Below, in pieces: positions 60,739 to 64,000 of a stretch of DNA of 64,000 nt. The translations under genes were made by a program, and so were the position numbers. The stretch is taken from the NCBI GenBank assembly GCA_038064915.1, contig JBBTSB010000010.1, positions 19,809-83,808 of the forward strand, written 5' to 3'. Below the pieces are notes generated by a model, which searched no databases, was not told the origin of the DNA, and saw nothing but the letters and a program-made list of their open reading frames with translations. Source of the stretch: Patescibacteria group bacterium (GTDB taxonomy: Bacteria > Patescibacteriota > Minisyncoccia > 2-02-FULL-40-12 > IGHO2-01-FULL-4-A). The stretch's first letter is position 1, and the number at the start of each line of letters is the position of its first letter.

Positions 60739-61381
60739 CGAGCGCAAAACGCTTGGCCATGTTATCAGCGCCGTCAAATCGGTTCTCTTGGATGTGGAAA
60801 AAGAAATCATCATCGTCAATGACGGATCCACTGACGGTCCTGTACCGGAAGCGACCATTACATTTGAACAGAATCGGGGCAAGGGAGCAGCTCTGCGTGC
60901 AGGATTTGCAAAAGCGACCGGTGACATCATCCTCATTCAAGATGGTGATTTGGAATATGATCCGCGTGAATACCAGTCGTTGATCCAACCCATTCTGGAT
61001 GGCAAGGCCGATGTTGTCTATGGATCAAGACTTGTTACACATCACCCGCATCGTGTACTTTACAATCACCACTATCTGGCGAACAAATTTCTAACCTCGT
61101 TTTCTAATCTTTTTTCCAACCTCAATCTTTCCGATATGGAGACATGCTACAAAGTTTTTTCCAGATCAGCTTTGGATGATATCAAGCCGTGTTTAACGGC
61201 GAATCGCTTTGGAATAGAGATAGAACTGACGGCGCAGATCTCCAAGCACCATCTGCGCGTATATGAAGTCGGTATTTCCTATAGCGGGCGTACGTATGAA
61301 GAAGGAAAAAAAATAGGATGGAAGGATGGTGTGGCAGCGCTCTGGCACATCATTCGATATAACGTATTCCGCCGTTCATGA
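60707..61381 (+). CDS. GT2 glycosyltransferase (DPM1-like)
   Basis: [35 protein letters not shown]. Confidence 0.92.
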   Translation: MKLSVIIPVYNERKTLGHVISAVKSVLLDVEKEIIIVNDGSTDGPVPEATITFEQNRGKGAALRAGFAKATGDIILIQDGDLEYDPREYQSLIQPILDGKADVVYGSRLVTHHPHRVLYNHHYLANKFLTSFSNLFSNLNLSDMETCYKVFSRSALDDIKPCLTANRFGIEIELTAQISKHHLRVYEVGISYSGRTYEEGKKIGWKDGVAALWHIIRYNVFRRS

Positions 61382-61382
61382 A

Positions 61383-61460
61383 TCCCGTTAGAAGTTGCCC
61401 TAACGGGTTACAAACCACACAATGTCGAATATCAACATTACCATACAACTTCTAACGGGA
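61383..61460. mobile_element. MITE/REP-like element, copy B
   Basis: Terminal inverted repeats TCCCGTTAGAAGTTG / CAACTTCTAACGGGA, flanked by duplicated TGAA. Confidence 0.75.
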
Positions 61461-62542
61461 TGAAAAAAATCCTCATTGCAACCGGCATCTTTCCTCCGGA
61501 TATTGGCGGGCCTGCGACGTATGCAAAACTCCTGGCGGATCATTTTGGCGATGACGTTCATGTCATGACATACACGGCTGGTTTGCGAAAAATTCCCTGG
61601 CCGTTGCGGCAAGTGATATTTTTTTTCCGCCTTTGGCGAGCAAGTCGGGACGTCGACGTAATATACTCGTTGAGTCCTCTGGGCACGGGTATTGCGGCAG
61701 CTTTACTAGGTAAGCCATTTGTAGTTCGTGTTGCGGGGGATCGTGCCTGGGAGGATGCGGTGAACAGAGGAAAAACTCAATTGTTGTTGGATGATTTTCA
61801 GAATCTCAAAAAACGTGGCCGTAAGCATCGTCTGCAAGTTTGGGTGTGCCTCAAAGCCAAGAGGGTCGTCGTTCCGTCATCCTATCTTGCTGGCATAGTG
61901 GTTGGTTGGGGGATACCCAGAGAAAAAATCACTATCGTCGCCAACTCCGCCGACTTAGTGGTTCAACCACTAAGTAAAGAAGAAGCCCGGAAAGAACTTG
62001 GGCTTCAGGGCAACGTGATTATCTCGGTCGGGCGCCTTGTTCCCTGGAAGGGGTTTCGCATGCTCATCAAGATTGTGCCGCAATTTTTGGAAATCAATCC
62101 CTTTTTTCGGTTGGTGATTGTCGGCGACGGCCCGGATCGGACATTACTGGAGACGATGATACACAATTTGAACCTTCAGAAAAAAGTTCACCTCGTGGGG
62201 AAAAAATCGCATGAAGAACTCATTCGCTACCTGCAAGCATCAGAAATCATGATTCTCAACAGCGGCTATGAAGGATTTTCGCATCAACTTCTCGAGGCAA
62301 TGATGATCGGAGTTCCTGTCATTGCCTCGAACATGGGTGGAAACCGTGAACTCGTTCGGCAGGGCGAAAATGGTTTTATGGTAAAGTACAATGACGAGTT
62401 CAACTTGGTCGAGGCAGTAAAAACCTTGTGGGCCAGTCCTGAGCTTCGCACAAAATTTACTGTCGAAGGCAAAAAAACCGCCGCACAGTACACTCCGGAG
62501 CGCACTGTGCGTGAGACGAAAGCCGTACTTGATACGATATGA
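61460..62542 (+). CDS. GT4 glycosyltransferase
   Basis: FPPDIGGPATY, GRLVPWKG, EGFSHQLLEAM. Confidence 0.92.
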   Translation: MKKILIATGIFPPDIGGPATYAKLLADHFGDDVHVMTYTAGLRKIPWPLRQVIFFFRLWRASRDVDVIYSLSPLGTGIAAALLGKPFVVRVAGDRAWEDAVNRGKTQLLLDDFQNLKKRGRKHRLQVWVCLKAKRVVVPSSYLAGIVVGWGIPREKITIVANSADLVVQPLSKEEARKELGLQGNVIISVGRLVPWKGFRMLIKIVPQFLEINPFFRLVIVGDGPDRTLLETMIHNLNLQKKVHLVGKKSHEELIRYLQASEIMILNSGYEGFSHQLLEAMMIGVPVIASNMGGNRELVRQGENGFMVKYNDEFNLVEAVKTLWASPELRTKFTVEGKKTAAQYTPERTVRETKAVLDTI

Positions 62543-63468
62543 ATCTTCTCATGATTTCAGGAAAGGGAGCAATTGAGACTGCGCGGGGAAAGCGCAATGC
62601 GTTTTATAATACCCTGGAAGAGCTGCACAAGTATTTTGACCGGATCGATGTTGTTTGTTCAGAACAGGGAAGCCTTTTCGGCAATGTGTTTTTTCATGCT
62701 CAAGTTCCTGAGAAAGAGTTTGATGTTATGACGGTGCATGAATATGCGCCGTTTCGCAACGGACGCATGGCGAATCAATTTTGGAAAAAAACAAAGACAC
62801 CGATGATATTTGAAATCATGCATATTCCCGGTTTGCCCAAAGCGGGGAACTTGCGAGAGCACATCGCTCATCTCATGACACGCTGGTATATAAAGTATGA
62901 TGTCCGTAATGCAAAAGCAGTTCGGGTAATCAACAAGCAAGTAGGCGATTGGCTCGCACAACGCGGCGTCCCGAGAGAAAAAATTCACGTGGTGTCGGCC
63001 ATGTATATAGATTTAGATATTTTTAAAAATTTAAATATAGAAAAGAAATACGAAGTGATCTATGTTGGCCGCCGGGCAAAAAATAAGGGGATCGAACTAT
63101 TCGAAAAAGCAGGGCAGGGTTTTAAGACGCTGATTGTTGATGGCTGGGCGAAGGATGCGCATGAAGTGGCGACTCTAATCAACCAATCAAAGGTGTTAGT
63201 GATGCCTTCCTACAATGAAGGCGGCCCGCGCGTGGTGCTTGAGGCCTTTGCCTGCAACGTACCTGTTCTCGCCACGCCCGTTGGCATAGTGCCGGAAGTC
63301 GTTTCTCCGGAATTTATCATCGACTGGTCGCCGCGTCGGATCGGAAAAAAAATCAAAGCGGTTTTGGATGGCACGTTGCAGTTTATAAAACCGGATTTGT
63401 CGCGATTCGAAAAAAAAGAAGCAATAAAAACATATGCGGAATTTATTGATCATCACGCAAAAAGTTGA
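62539..63468 (+). CDS. GT4 glycosyltransferase
   Basis: YVGRRAKNKG, EGGPRVVLEAFAC. Confidence 0.88.
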   Translation: MNLLMISGKGAIETARGKRNAFYNTLEELHKYFDRIDVVCSEQGSLFGNVFFHAQVPEKEFDVMTVHEYAPFRNGRMANQFWKKTKTPMIFEIMHIPGLPKAGNLREHIAHLMTRWYIKYDVRNAKAVRVINKQVGDWLAQRGVPREKIHVVSAMYIDLDIFKNLNIEKKYEVIYVGRRAKNKGIELFEKAGQGFKTLIVDGWAKDAHEVATLINQSKVLVMPSYNEGGPRVVLEAFACNVPVLATPVGIVPEVVSPEFIIDWSPRRIGKKIKAVLDGTLQFIKPDLSRFEKKEAIKTYAEFIDHHAKS

Positions 63469-63850
63469 TCCAAACGACCAGCTACTTGGTTTTTTCGTCG
63501 ATTGGATAAAAGAGTTTAAAAACTATTATTACGTTGATGTGGTTGCGTTACGCACGCCCAAGAAAAATTGGCTTGGTCTGACGTGGAATATTTTTTGGGA
63601 GGTGCCAAAACATGATGCCGTGTTCGTGCATATGGCTCCGATGTTTGCCATTCTCGCGGCTCCCTGGGCTCGATTATGGGGAAAGCGTATTGCGTTGTGG
63701 TACACGCACGGTGCGGTTACATGGAAACTCCGTCTTGCTGAAAAACTTGTCCACGTGATTTTCACCGCGTCGCCGGAAAGCTGTCGCCTAAAATCAAAAA
63801 AAATCATTATCACCGGCCATGGCATTGATACGGAATTTTTTAAACCATGA
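63434..63850 (+). CDS. GT4 glycosyltransferase, N-terminal domain only
   Basis: Ends at GHGIDTEFFKP*, which is the GT-B interdomain linker. Confidence 0.7.
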   Translation: MRNLLIITQKVDPNDQLLGFFVDWIKEFKNYYYVDVVALRTPKKNWLGLTWNIFWEVPKHDAVFVHMAPMFAILAAPWARLWGKRIALWYTHGAVTWKLRLAEKLVHVIFTASPESCRLKSKKIIITGHGIDTEFFKP

Positions 63851-64000
63851 AACTTCTCACTGTGGGCAGGATCGCTCCTGTCAAAAATTACGATATACTG
63901 ATCCGAGCCGCCAAACTTCTCACGATTGATTTTTCTGTTACCGTTGTTGGGGAAGCAGCATTGGAAGAGGATAAAGCATACGAACAGCGGATTCGTGCCG
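63847..64000 (+). CDS. GT4 C-terminal domain (partial, runs off the window)
   Basis: MKLLTVGRIAPVKNYDILIRAA..VTVVG; ATGA overlap with the preceding ORF. Confidence 0.7.
   Translation, partial: MKLLTVGRIAPVKNYDILIRAAKLLTIDFSVTVVGEAALEEDKAYEQRIRA

Noticed and set aside
1-64000. Additional VR targets, a prophage, or alternative genetic code 25
   Set aside because: No second TR-like match was seen by eye, no phage structural or integrase genes were found, and TGA ends many conserved genes (rplC, rpsQ, rplN, lepA).

Overview
64 kb of a bacterial chromosome that looks like a Candidate Phyla Radiation (Patescibacteria, probably Parcubacteria) genome. The grounds are standard code 11, tightly overlapping genes, no rpmD (L30) in the spc operon, shortened ribosomal proteins, and CPR-type Cys-rich and surface proteins; this assignment is an inference. 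Housekeeping content: uppP, recA, rpsF-ssb-rpsR, tuf plus the S10/spc operon through secY-adk-map, galT-tpiA-pgk-exonuclease-rnhA, RNase P RNA, lepA and tRNA-Gly(CCC). A large cell-surface locus carries an S-layer-like protein, a GT39/PMT-like gene, five TMTC-like GT-C+TPR paralogues and many GT4/GT2 genes. The standout is a complete diversity-generating retroelement at about 24.3-26.9 kb. Its target gene has a 106-bp VR, followed by a hairpin, the TR, an avd gene on the opposite strand and an RT. All 20 TR/VR mismatches fall on TR adenines. A G10 tract in the overlapping 5' ends of avd and RT could switch both genes at once, since G9 or G12 puts both in frame with ATG starts. Other notable features are a MITE-like element inserted twice at start codons, a cassette flanked by a duplicated rpsR 3' end, several short repeat families inserted into genes, and GC-rich orphan genes with strong Shine-Dalgarno sites. 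All calls come from reading the sequence; no searches were run.
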